Part shown: in pieces, positions 17,827 through 26,334 of the stretch
How the letters are laid out: each line of letters opens with the position of its first letter
Numbering within the stretch: position 1 is the stretch's first letter
Source: Spirochaetota bacterium
GTDB lineage: Bacteria > Spirochaetota > GWE2-31-10 > JAFGQB01
Assembly: GCA_046703745.1 (NCBI GenBank)
Contig: JBJKSS010000446.1
Coordinates: 1 to 33,221, forward strand
Direction: 5' to 3'
Length of the DNA: 33,221 nt
The notes under the pieces: model-generated
What the model saw: the letters and a program-made list of their open reading frames with translations, nothing else
Database searches by the model: none
Told to the model about the DNA's origin: nothing
Made by a program: the position numbers and the translations under genes

Positions 17827-18630
17827 ATGAAAAGCCTGCTCAACGCTTTGCATGAGGGAAGACTCGTGGAACTTCCAACGAACAACAAGGAAGAAGTTCT
17901 CGAATACCTCGCCCTGCTCATAGAAGCCATACCGGATATCGGTACTGGCGAAGATCTTGTCAAGGCGATTAATTTGAGGGAATCCCAGGCAAACACCGCA
18001 CTCGGTTTGGGCGTGGCATGCCCGCATGTGAGGACGAAGCAGGAAGGGGAATTATTGTGCGCCGTCGGATGGTCGCCTGAAGGCATCGATTACAACGCCC
18101 CTGACGGCAAAAGGGTGCATCTTGTAATAATGTATTATATTCCCGAATCACAGAAAAACTCCTATTTGAAGGAGCTCTCCGGGCTTGCAAAGGCCATAAA
18201 GGAAACAAACGGCATACAAATTTCTTCCAATATAATTGACATTCAAAGTATAAGAAACAAGCTTCTCGACTGGGTGGAGCTGGCCATAGACAAGGCGATC
18301 CCGGACTCAAAGGCGAGGATGATCAAGCTTGAAGAAAAAAATGCCGCCATGGAAAACCTTGTCAAACCACCGGGCGTTATGGAAGCATTAAAATCAAAAA
18401 TAGCCGTGATTCCCTTTTCGGTGTTCATCCTCGATGACATGAAATTTTATGTGCTTTCAAAAAATCAGGAGATTATCGATGTGCTTGAGCAGACAAAAGA
18501 CATTGCCAGACAGTTTAACGGCGGCGGCGTTTTCAATTACAGGGATTACCAGATATCTGTTGTTTCAAATTCCCTGTATTCAAAAAACAGGATGGTGTAC
18601 GATTGTATAGCCGTTAAATTCAGCCTGTAA
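17827..18630 (+). CDS. PTS EIIA type-2 (PtsN/EIIA-Ntr-like) domain protein with an uncharacterised ~110-aa C-terminal extension
   Basis: It starts 2 nt after the mgtA stop codon, with GGAGAA upstream. The N-terminal ~150 aa have the EIIA-2 layout and a candidate phospho-His motif (ALGLGVACPHVR). I do not recognise the C-terminal part. Confidence 0.7.
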   Translation: MKSLLNALHEGRLVELPTNNKEEVLEYLALLIEAIPDIGTGEDLVKAINLRESQANTALGLGVACPHVRTKQEGELLCAVGWSPEGIDYNAPDGKRVHLVIMYYIPESQKNSYLKELSGLAKAIKETNGIQISSNIIDIQSIRNKLLDWVELAIDKAIPDSKARMIKLEEKNAAMENLVKPPGVMEALKSKIAVIPFSVFILDDMKFYVLSKNQEIIDVLEQTKDIARQFNGGGVFNYRDYQISVVSNSLYSKNRMVYDCIAVKFSL

Positions 18631-18648
18631 AACGGGGTTCGTTTTTTT
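18629..18648 (+). terminator. Weak candidate intrinsic terminator after the mgtA/EIIA operon
   Basis: AAAACG-gggtt-CGTTTT followed by a T run. The stem is short and AU-rich. Confidence 0.3.
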
Positions 18649-18708
18649 GCCGCCGGGGGACAAAGGTAAATTCATGTTGGTATTAATAAATTTTGACAAG
18701 GATCTAAA

Positions 18709-19683
18709 ATGAAAACAGTAGAATTCAAAAAGGGACTTCACCTTATCAAAAAAGGCATTTATGCCTATCTTCAACCGGACGGTTCATACGGATTAAGCAA
18801 TGCCGGTCTCGTTACAAGCGGCGGTAAAACATTACTTGTGGACACCCTTTATGATTTAAAACATACAGGCGAAATGCTCGACTTAACCGACAGGATTTCG
18901 GTCAAAATAGACCGTCTTGTAAACACTCATGCCCATGGCGATCATTATTTCGGCAACCAGCTTGTCAGGGGCGCAGAAATCATCATGACAAAAAAAAATG
19001 CCGATGAAATTTTCAGGATAACCCCTGCCGCAATGTCCATGCTTGTCAATCTTTCCAAAATCATGTTCGGATTCGGAAAATATCTTCAAAAATCTGTGGG
19101 AAGATTCAGCTTCAGGGACATTTCAATAATCAGGCCCGACATAACATTTGAGAACGAGTTGAATTTCGCCGTTGGACACAGGAAAGTCAAACTGATCGAA
19201 GTGAAAAACGCCCATTCCAAAAGCGATGTTCTCGTTTTATTGCCCGATGACAGGGTATTATTCGCAGGGGACATTGCTTTCATAGATGTAACGCCTGTAA
19301 TATGGGAGGGGCCTGTAAGCAACTGGATCAAAGCCTGCGATATGATCCTCAAAATGAATGTTGATTTAATCGTTCCAGGCCATGGTCCGGTTTCTGACAA
19401 GAGGGGCATAAGGCTCCTCAGGAAATATTTCGAATACACTCATGACGAGGCTAAAAAACGCTATAACAAGGGCATGACATTTTATGAAGCGGCAGTTGAT
19501 ATTGACCTGAAGGAATTCGCAGAATGGAGGGTGCCTGAAAGGATTGTGTCCAATGTTTTCGTTTATTACCAGGAATTCACGAAAGGCAATTCCAGGCTGC
19601 ATCCGTTGAAAATGTTTTATCTTATGTCCAGATATTTGAAAGATAAAAATATCCGGTGGATGAAAAAAGCCGACGTTTTATGA
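18709..19683 (+). CDS. MBL-fold metallo-hydrolase
   Basis: HxHxDH motif VNTHAHGDHYFGN, with later conserved His/Asp positions (VKNAHSKSD, AGDIAF, VPGHGP). AAGGA lies 7 nt upstream. Confidence 0.8.
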   Translation: MKTVEFKKGLHLIKKGIYAYLQPDGSYGLSNAGLVTSGGKTLLVDTLYDLKHTGEMLDLTDRISVKIDRLVNTHAHGDHYFGNQLVRGAEIIMTKKNADEIFRITPAAMSMLVNLSKIMFGFGKYLQKSVGRFSFRDISIIRPDITFENELNFAVGHRKVKLIEVKNAHSKSDVLVLLPDDRVLFAGDIAFIDVTPVIWEGPVSNWIKACDMILKMNVDLIVPGHGPVSDKRGIRLLRKYFEYTHDEAKKRYNKGMTFYEAAVDIDLKEFAEWRVPERIVSNVFVYYQEFTKGNSRLHPLKMFYLMSRYLKDKNIRWMKKADVL

Positions 19684-19706
19684 TCCGGCCGGATTATATC
19701 CTCATA

Positions 19707-20312
19707 TCAATTGTGTGTCACGACCACTTTGGAATGCAGCAGCTTGATCCCTTCCTGCCTTGCCTGTAAAATCTGCGATATGGAAACATTTGTCATCTCT
19801 TCATGTTTCAGTATGGTATCTTCCAGTGAGCCCCTGTATATGAAATATTCATCTTTTTCGGATATGTTCGGAATGACTTTTTTGGTGAACAGGAAATGAT
19901 TTATTGGCCGGTTTTTTCCGTTGTTGTTGCCTTCGGTCAGATCGACACGGTGATTTTCATAAACAAGGAAGCAGTGGATCATCGGCAGATATGGCAGGTT
20001 GTATTTTGCCAGTATTGATGCCGTTCCTGTTACAATCTCTTCATTCATCGCGTAAACGCCGACCATTTTGCCGATTGGGACAGAAAGCTCCTGCGCAAGG
20101 GTTGCGATTACCGCATGTTTTGTGGTGCATGAGCCATGACCCTCCCTGAAGAGTATCAGTATATCATCCCGTGTCGAGTTGTAGCCGTAAGGCATTTCAT
20201 GAACATACAGACACGCTTCATGCAGGGCTTTTATGCCCAGGCTCAGGAATTTTTCAGTGACAATCCCCTCCCCTCTGATCTGCGCATCAGGAAAGACTTT
20301 ATAATTATCCAT
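19707..20312 (-). CDS. Hypothetical protein, transglutaminase-like (Cys-His-Asp papain-fold) candidate
   Basis: GHGSCTTKHAVIATLAQELSVP...MIHCFLVYENHRVDLTEG fits the Cys...His...Asp spacing of the transglutaminase core. The ATG at 20312 has AAAGAGGTG upstream. The ORF-track start at 20321 is a GTG inside that RBS. Confidence 0.5.
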   Translation of the reverse strand: MDNYKVFPDAQIRGEGIVTEKFLSLGIKALHEACLYVHEMPYGYNSTRDDILILFREGHGSCTTKHAVIATLAQELSVPIGKMVGVYAMNEEIVTGTASILAKYNLPYLPMIHCFLVYENHRVDLTEGNNNGKNRPINHFLFTKKVIPNISEKDEYFIYRGSLEDTILKHEEMTNVSISQILQARQEGIKLLHSKVVVTHN

Positions 20313-20427
20313 TTGACCCACCTCTTTAATTTAATTATATACAACGTGATGGTTAAATTTCTGTTAATTTACCTTTTTTATTTATGAATTTTTGATTTGT
20401 GATATTATGCCGGGGTTAACCAAAAGC

Positions 20428-20437
20428 GACAATTGTC
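20428..20437. repeat. GACAATTGTC palindrome, copy 4 (divergent promoter region)
   Basis: Read directly from the sequence (aaaagcGACAATTGTCaattta). Confidence 0.9.
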
Positions 20438-20500
20438 AATTTAAATATGCAGTAAGCTTTTTATGTGCGATTCTTCTGATTTCGCTAGATTCATATTGAC

Positions 20501-20521
20501 TTACATAACAATGTTATGTAA
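20501..20521. promoter_or_regulatory. 21-bp perfect palindrome TTACATAACAaTGTTATGTAA overlapping a TTGACT hexamer; candidate TetR-type operator
   Basis: 10-bp arms around a single central base. It shares the core TAACAATGTTAT with the site upstream of the TetR gene at 24168-24179 (opposite strand). Confidence 0.5.
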
Positions 20522-20621
20522 CACTAATTAAACAAGTCATATTTCAAAACATCAACTATTTGAGTCAATTGGATTTCAATCTTTGACGATTGGAATATTT
20601 TTATGTGGAAGCGTAAAGAGT

Positions 20622-22736
20622 ATGGAAACATTTGATGATTTCAAACATGAAAAAATAAATCCGCCCGGCAAGAAAAGCGGCGCCCGCTATCTCGTTCTCT
20701 ATTTTTTAATTGCATTCATCTGGTCCTGGGCGGCCTGGTGCCCGCTGGTTCTTTCGGGGCTGAAGATCATTCCAATGCCTGACAAAATTTTGAAGATAAT
20801 CACTTATCCTGCTGCACTGATCGGTGTTTTTGGGCCGATGATAGGGGCTCTTTTCGCATTATCCAGGGAAAAGGGCAAGGGTGCCATAAAGGAATACCTG
20901 AAAAGTTTCCTGGATTTTCGTCTCGGATGGAAGGCTTACCTGTTCCCGTTTTTAATACTCGGCGGATGTTCGGCCATCGCATGGATACTTCCCGAACTGT
21001 TCGGAGAGAAAAGGATGCCGATGTTGATGCCTGTCTGGGCCTTTGTCCCGTATTTACTGATAATGATCCTGTTGGGCGGCGGCCAGGAAGAATTGGGCTG
21101 GAGGGGTTATGCTCTTCCCAGACTTGAAAAAAAACTGGGCATCTGGCCGGCCAATGCATTGCTCGGCATTATATGGGCATGCTGGCATTTGCCGTTGTGG
21201 TTCATCCCCGGCAGCTTTCAAACATACATGAATTTCGGAGGTTTTGTTCTGTTGACTCTCGGCTATTCTTACATTTTTTCATGGATACGCGATATCTCAG
21301 GGGATAAATCCTTTGTCGGCCCTTTTGTGCACGGCCTGGCATATTTGTACGGCCTGAAATTCCTGAATGATGAAAATCCTATATTCAGTTCATCGGTATC
21401 ATTCGGCGGCCCGGATAATACGATACCGGGACAATTGCAGGCGGTACGGGGTCTTTATTTGATAAATAAAAATCTCTGGAAATCATATACAGGAGAAGAA
21501 TACATCTGGACGAATGATTATGCAAAGAGTTTTGTTAAAAACAGCATAAAAAAACTCAATGATATAAATGCGGATAATTCCAAATTCACATTGAGCGTTT
21601 TCCTCTGGGCATGGTGCTGGGACATGACAAAACAGGATGAGAACGATACAACTATAATTGATAATCTTGGTATACCGGATGACGGGAGAGGCTATAACGG
21701 AGGAGATGGGGGATGTCATTTGAGTGAAGCCGGGTGCAAGAGGCTTGCAAAAGCGATGTGGTGGTTATTGGCCCGTATTGCGGGGTGGGATGGACATCCT
21801 GGGGTAATAGTTGCGAACCATCCGCCGGTGCTCGACGATATCCCGGATAAAACTGTTACAACAGGGCAAGAATTAACTTTTACCGTTTCTGCAACTGATC
21901 CTGACAGCCAAAATTTAACTTATTCATCTTCAGTGCTGCCGGACGGCGCAACTTTTAACCCTTTGTCAGGTACCTTCAGATGGACACCGTCAGCGTCCGG
22001 CACTTATAACATCAGTTTCCTGGTATCCGACGGTGAATTAACGGATACACAAGACTTGACTATTACAGTGAAAGATCCTGTTGTTATTCAACCTGAAGCC
22101 GGGCTGCAGGTATATTACAAATTCGATGAAATTAAGAATAACACCGTCACCGATTATTCGGAGAACAATCTCAACGGTGCGGTTCACGGCTCCCCCGAAT
22201 TGACACAGGGTAAATCGGGTAAAGCCTTGAATTTCGGTGGTGTAGATGATTACATCGACCTTGGAATCAGTGATTTCAATATGTCAAAGACGAACGAATT
22301 GACTATAACATTCTGGTTATATATAGATCCCGCAAATCCTGCCGGCATTGTGCCGATAATACAGCGGGGCGCATATGTTTATCCTTTCCAGGTAGCTATC
22401 GAGAATAACAACTTGTTAATATTCAAAACAAGAACATCGACATCAACCGGTTCGATAACTTCATGGCTGTATTCAAAAAGGTTAAATGTCGGGCAATGGT
22501 ATCATGTAGCTGTAACTTATGCTTCAGGAACCAGACATATTTATATCGACGACGATAATACTCTCGGAAATTACGACAATTGGACAGGTGATTTATTTTT
22601 TTATTACAATAATTATAATACGAATATGGCAACGGGTAACGTGACCCCGCCCTATTTCAGGGGAATGATCGACGAATTGAGAATATACAACAAGGCGTTG
22701 AGCTCGGATGAAATCAAGGCTATCTACAATCAATAA
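20622..22736 (+). CDS. Fusion protein: CPBP-family intramembrane glutamic protease, unassigned linker domain, Ig/cadherin-like domain, LamG (concanavalin-A-like lectin) domain
   Basis: CPBP motifs: GGGQEELGWRGYALPRL and ACWHLPLWF. The Ig-like segment is PPVLDDIPDKTVTTGQELTFTVSATDPDSQNLTYSS...GTFRWTPSASGTYNISFLVSDGELTD. LamG_3-type end: KALNFGGVDDYIDLG...WYHVAVTY...FRGMIDELRIYNKALSSDEI. The ORF track starts at a TTG (20583); the first in-frame ATG is at 20622. Confidence 0.75.
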   Translation: METFDDFKHEKINPPGKKSGARYLVLYFLIAFIWSWAAWCPLVLSGLKIIPMPDKILKIITYPAALIGVFGPMIGALFALSREKGKGAIKEYLKSFLDFRLGWKAYLFPFLILGGCSAIAWILPELFGEKRMPMLMPVWAFVPYLLIMILLGGGQEELGWRGYALPRLEKKLGIWPANALLGIIWACWHLPLWFIPGSFQTYMNFGGFVLLTLGYSYIFSWIRDISGDKSFVGPFVHGLAYLYGLKFLNDENPIFSSSVSFGGPDNTIPGQLQAVRGLYLINKNLWKSYTGEEYIWTNDYAKSFVKNSIKKLNDINADNSKFTLSVFLWAWCWDMTKQDENDTTIIDNLGIPDDGRGYNGGDGGCHLSEAGCKRLAKAMWWLLARIAGWDGHPGVIVANHPPVLDDIPDKTVTTGQELTFTVSATDPDSQNLTYSSSVLPDGATFNPLSGTFRWTPSASGTYNISFLVSDGELTDTQDLTITVKDPVVIQPEAGLQVYYKFDEIKNNTVTDYSENNLNGAVHGSPELTQGKSGKALNFGGVDDYIDLGISDFNMSKTNELTITFWLYIDPANPAGIVPIIQRGAYVYPFQVAIENNNLLIFKTRTSTSTGSITSWLYSKRLNVGQWYHVAVTYASGTRHIYIDDDNTLGNYDNWTGDLFFYYNNYNTNMATGNVTPPYFRGMIDELRIYNKALSSDEIKAIYNQ

Positions 22737-22892
22737 ATTTGTTGATTTGTCTGCAATTCAATCTGAATAGTTGGCCAAAAAACATTTCCGGGCAAGGTTA
22801 ATGATATTTTATCCTTGCCCAACTATTATAGGAATTATATAATGTTTACTATAACACAATGAACATGAAGTAATGTTCCTTAAGGAAGATTT

Positions 22893-23654
22893 ATGACGGC
22901 ATTTCTAAACATTCTAAAAATATTGATTGCCCTTGTTGTTTTTTCAATGCTGACATCCTGCAGCAACGAACCGGAAATACATAAAGCTGCGGGAAAAGGC
23001 GATCTTGTCAAGCTCGAAGAGCTGATAAAGGCTGGCACATCCATTGATGCTACGAATGATTATAATGAAACGCCTTTACATATAGCCGCTGCAAAAAGCA
23101 GGTCCGAAGCGGTCAGGCTGTTGTTGTCAAAAGGCGCTGATATAAATGCCAGGGATGAGTTTGGCAACACTCCCCTTATAAATGCTGTTTCTGTAATCTC
23201 GAACAGAGAATCCCAGGAAGAAGTTATAAAAATACTGCTTGATAACAAAGCCGATATTCATGCAAAAAACAGGCATTACGGAGAAGTCGCATTGCACAGG
23301 GCTGCAATGAACGGGCATAAGGAAGCGGTTATTTATTTTTTAAACAACGGTATTGATCCTGATATAAGGGATAAAAAGGGCCAAACGCCATTATATGACG
23401 CAAGTTTGTGGGGACATCTCGATATAGTTAAAATCCTGATTGAAAAAAAGGCGGATATCAATGCTGTCAATATTGATGGTAATACTCCACTGCATGGTGC
23501 GGCGCTGTTTGACCGTCTTGATGTGGCGGAGTATTTGATAAAGGCAGGTGCCGATATAAAAAAGACTAACAATAAAAATGAAACACCAATGGATGTTGCA
23601 AAAAATGCAGAGAGCAAAAAAATAACGGAACTGTTAAAAAATCGTAAACAATGA
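22893..23654 (+). CDS. Ankyrin-repeat lipoprotein
   Basis: Signal peptide with lipobox LTSC, followed by about 6 ANK repeats (NETPLHIAAAKSRSEAVRLLLSKGADINARDEFGNTPL...). Confidence 0.85.
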   Translation: MTAFLNILKILIALVVFSMLTSCSNEPEIHKAAGKGDLVKLEELIKAGTSIDATNDYNETPLHIAAAKSRSEAVRLLLSKGADINARDEFGNTPLINAVSVISNRESQEEVIKILLDNKADIHAKNRHYGEVALHRAAMNGHKEAVIYFLNNGIDPDIRDKKGQTPLYDASLWGHLDIVKILIEKKADINAVNIDGNTPLHGAALFDRLDVAEYLIKAGADIKKTNNKNETPMDVAKNAESKKITELLKNRKQ

Positions 23655-23828
23655 AAATTGGGATTGCAAACAGACATTTTATAAACCAATCCTCAATAAA
23701 TCGGGAAGAAACTAAACGACAAAAAGTGTAAACGGGTTTAATTTGAAAGGAAAAAAGGCTCATTGCGAAGAGTTATTAAAAGATTGGGAATTAAACAGTA
23801 TATCGAGCCTTTAAAGTGAGTAAAATAT

Positions 23829-23993
23829 ATGATAAATGAAATAGTACAAGCAATACCGGCAAAAGATTACAAAGTATATATATATTTTGTTAATGGTAAA
23901 ATCAAATTGTATGATACTCTGCCTCTTTTGGAAAAGGGTGTTTTTCGAAAATTATACAATTCTTTATTCTCATCTGTTAAAATACAAAATTGA
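23829..23993 (+). pseudogene. Truncated DUF2442-family gene (54 codons; C-terminal third missing)
   Basis: My own translation is MINEIVQAIPAKDYKVYIYFVNGKIKLYDTLPLLEKGVFRKLYNSLFSSVKIQN*. This matches the DUF2442 N-terminal pattern (..dy.l.v.F.nG....yD..pll..g.F..L.....F..V.v) but stops before the conserved W...D segment. It falls below the ORF-track length cutoff. Confidence 0.45.
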
Positions 23994-24140
23994 TAATTTT
24001 CCACATTTTGTTCCTTCCGCTCTCACCATATTACACTTTAATTTTAAAAGTCAAACCGAATTTCATGCCCGCGTCGACCTTCGGTGTTCACCCCCAACAT
24101 TAAAAAACTAACCCTCATCTTTCATTATCAGAGAATTAAT

Positions 24141-24179
24141 TTGACTATTTATAACAACGATGTTATTATAACATTGTTA
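24141..24179 (+). promoter_or_regulatory. Candidate promoter and operator of the TetR gene
   Basis: TTGACT (24141-24146), a 17-nt spacer, then TATTAT (24164-24169). Overlapping half-sites are ATAACA-acga-TGTTAT-t-ATAACA-t-TGTTA. Confidence 0.5.
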
Positions 24180-24205
24180 AGTTAAAGATTTACGGGAATG
24201 ATGTT

Positions 24206-24793
24206 ATGAGAGCCGCCAATCCAGGCCTGGTAAAAAAAATCAAGTCAATCACTATTAAAGAAATTTCAAGAAGCGGTGTTGAAAGCATTTCCATGAGAAA
24301 CATTGCAAGGCTTGCAGAAATAACTCCAACTACAATTTATTATTATTTCAGGGATAAAATGGCTCTTTTTGAAAGCATAAAAAAAGACGCTTTTGAAAAA
24401 CTGAATGATTTTGTTTTATCCCGTATTAATCCGGGCGATTCATTCTCAAAACAGACAGAAAGCCTTGTCAGGGCTTTTACCATTTGGCTAATCGACAACC
24501 GCAGAATCTCCGAGCTGATTTTCGACAAACTACCGCCGAATATCAAAGCAAATGAAGAAACAATGGCCCATTATTATATCCTTAGCAATAAGGTGCTTGA
24601 AATCATTAATCAAGGCAGGGAAACAGGAGAATTCAAATTCGATGATGCAGAGGTGGAGGCCAATGTGGGCCTGGGAATGATTTTCGGCATCGTAAAGCTC
24701 CATTTTAACAAACGTCTTTCTCCCAGGTTCTGGGATGACATAGAGCCTCTGGTTGAAAGAATGACACAGATCATTCTGAATTCTTTAAAATAA
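24206..24793 (+). CDS. TetR/AcrR-family transcriptional regulator
   Basis: N-terminal HTH ISMRNIARLAEITPTTIYYYFRDKMALF, followed by a helical C-terminal ligand domain of typical length (195 aa in total). Confidence 0.85.
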   Translation: MRAANPGLVKKIKSITIKEISRSGVESISMRNIARLAEITPTTIYYYFRDKMALFESIKKDAFEKLNDFVLSRINPGDSFSKQTESLVRAFTIWLIDNRRISELIFDKLPPNIKANEETMAHYYILSNKVLEIINQGRETGEFKFDDAEVEANVGLGMIFGIVKLHFNKRLSPRFWDDIEPLVERMTQIILNSLK

Positions 24794-24816
24794 AATATTA
24801 TTAAGGATAAACAAAC

Positions 24817-25515
24817 ATGAAAAAAATTATCGCAGTTGTAATACTCACAATCATGCCTGTTTTGATATTCGGGGTAGTCAATAAGAAAATTTCAATTGAG
24901 CTCGATGCAGGCAAGAATTACAGGCATGCATACAATTACGCCGGGTTGAAAATTTATCTTATTCCCCAGATCGCAGTCTGGATCGAAGATGAAAAAGGCA
25001 ATTATATCGACACGGTTTACGTCACCTACAGGTCTGCAAAATCCAGGTGGCGAGGCGGATTCAACCTCAGAAGGCCGTCTGCTCTTCCCGTTTGGTCGCA
25101 CAAGAGGGGGATAAAATATAAAGACGGTATGTACATGCCAACTACGAATGATCCGCTTCCTGACGCCATGACCGGTGCAACGCCTCCCGGTTCATTCAAA
25201 AAGGAATGGATCGTGCCCGAAGGATTCAAATTTACAAAAATTGTAATCAGGGTTGAAGTAAACAACTCCTTTGATTATAATGAAAATTACAGGAAGGATC
25301 TGCCGAATGACAGTCCCTTTTACAACGATGTAAACGGTCAGCCATCGATAGTTTATGAAGGCAAAATTGATTTGTCAGACAATAAGGCACAGGTGATTCC
25401 TTCGCCTGCGGGGCATGGTGATGCTGCGGGCAGGAATGGCGAGTTGACAAATGATCTTGCAAACATTACTGATGCTTTGCAGATCATGGAAGGAATAAAG
25501 GTTAGTGTGGAATGA
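24817..25515 (+). CDS. Secreted protein, DUF2271-like
   Basis: N-terminal signal/TM segment. PQIAVWIEDEKGNYIDTVYV...RRPSALPVWSHK and MTGATPPGSF resemble the DUF2271 pattern as I recall it. The family assignment is tentative. Confidence 0.6.
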   Translation: MKKIIAVVILTIMPVLIFGVVNKKISIELDAGKNYRHAYNYAGLKIYLIPQIAVWIEDEKGNYIDTVYVTYRSAKSRWRGGFNLRRPSALPVWSHKRGIKYKDGMYMPTTNDPLPDAMTGATPPGSFKKEWIVPEGFKFTKIVIRVEVNNSFDYNENYRKDLPNDSPFYNDVNGQPSIVYEGKIDLSDNKAQVIPSPAGHGDAAGRNGELTNDLANITDALQIMEGIKVSVE

Positions 25516-25527
25516 TTATAAAGCAAT

Positions 25528-26163
25528 TTGATCGGCGGCATGAAGGAATTCTCCTACATAATCGGTTGTGAAAAAACAGGCGATGCAGCCGTGATAGACC
25601 CGGGGGGCGAGGTTGAAAGAATCATCGAAGAGGCAAAAAAAGCCGGATTATCAATTAAATACATCTTTAATACCCATTACCATGCGGATCATACATGCGG
25701 CAACGGTAAATTGAAGAAAAAAACCGGGGCAAAAATCCTGATCCACAGACTGGATTTGAAACAACTCGTTCAGCCTGTAAATCTGGTAAAAATCGGGACT
25801 TTCATGTTCCAGCAGTCACCCAAACCCGATATAATAATCGACAAGGATGAATTCATCAGTGTAGGAGAAATTAAAACAAGGATAATTCACACGCCGGGTC
25901 ACACGAGGGGCGGGATATGCTTCCTTGCGGGGAGCAATCTTTTCACAGGGGATACGCTTTTCGTGGGCGACAGCGGGAGGACGAACCTACCCGAGGGGGA
26001 CAGGGCCGCACTGGGCGCATCGATCCGCATGCTGATGAACACCCTGCCTGACGACACGATTGTCTGGCCCGGGCATGATTACGGACCCACACCGCATTCC
26101 ACGCTGGCCTGGGAAAAACGGAACAACATAAATGCAGTGGAGTACGGATTTTATTCAGATTGA
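25528..26163 (+). CDS. MBL-fold metallo-hydrolase (glyoxalase II / hydroxyacylglutathione hydrolase-like); the N-terminus may be frameshifted
   Basis: Motifs: FNTHYHADHTCGN, HTPGHTRGG, GDTLFVGDSGRTNL, PGHDYG. The ORF-track start is a TTG. See the finding on the out-of-frame ATG at 25512. Confidence 0.8.
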   Translation: MIGGMKEFSYIIGCEKTGDAAVIDPGGEVERIIEEAKKAGLSIKYIFNTHYHADHTCGNGKLKKKTGAKILIHRLDLKQLVQPVNLVKIGTFMFQQSPKPDIIIDKDEFISVGEIKTRIIHTPGHTRGGICFLAGSNLFTGDTLFVGDSGRTNLPEGDRAALGASIRMLMNTLPDDTIVWPGHDYGPTPHSTLAWEKRNNINAVEYGFYSD

Positions 26164-26334
26164 GCCACAAGTTGAATCATTGAAAAAGGTAACCATGTTA
26201 TCAGGCGTTGATTTTACAATTATCTTGTAAAATGTATCTTTTTATTTTATATTTAAAAGCAACCCTGACTTATCGGGATAGAATTTAATTAACCTATCAA
26301 TGCATTCCATTATAATTAACCTGAGGAAACATTT

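Noticed and set aside
19683-19694. 12-bp palindrome ATCCGGCCGGAT between convergent genes, considered as a bidirectional terminator
   Set aside because: It has no loop and no flanking T or A tracts. It is too short to call.
22790-22820. Stem-loop GGGCAAGG-N15-CCTTGCCC after the CPBP/LamG gene, considered as a terminator
   Set aside because: The 8-bp stem is perfect, but there is no downstream T tract and the loop is large. I have left it uncalled; it may be a protein-binding site or an RNA stability element.
23887-24111. 74-aa ORF in the spacer between the ankyrin gene and the TetR gene
   Set aside because: It has no RBS and no recognisable motifs, and it overlaps the tail of the DUF2442 remnant in another frame. 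The region looks like decayed, non-coding DNA.
26212-26232. TTTTACAA-ttatc-TTGTAAAA hairpin between the MBL gene and larB, considered as a terminator or a Rex-type operator
   Set aside because: The all-A/T stem is too weak for a confident intrinsic terminator, and the sequence does not fit the Rex consensus (TTGTGAA..TTCACAA).
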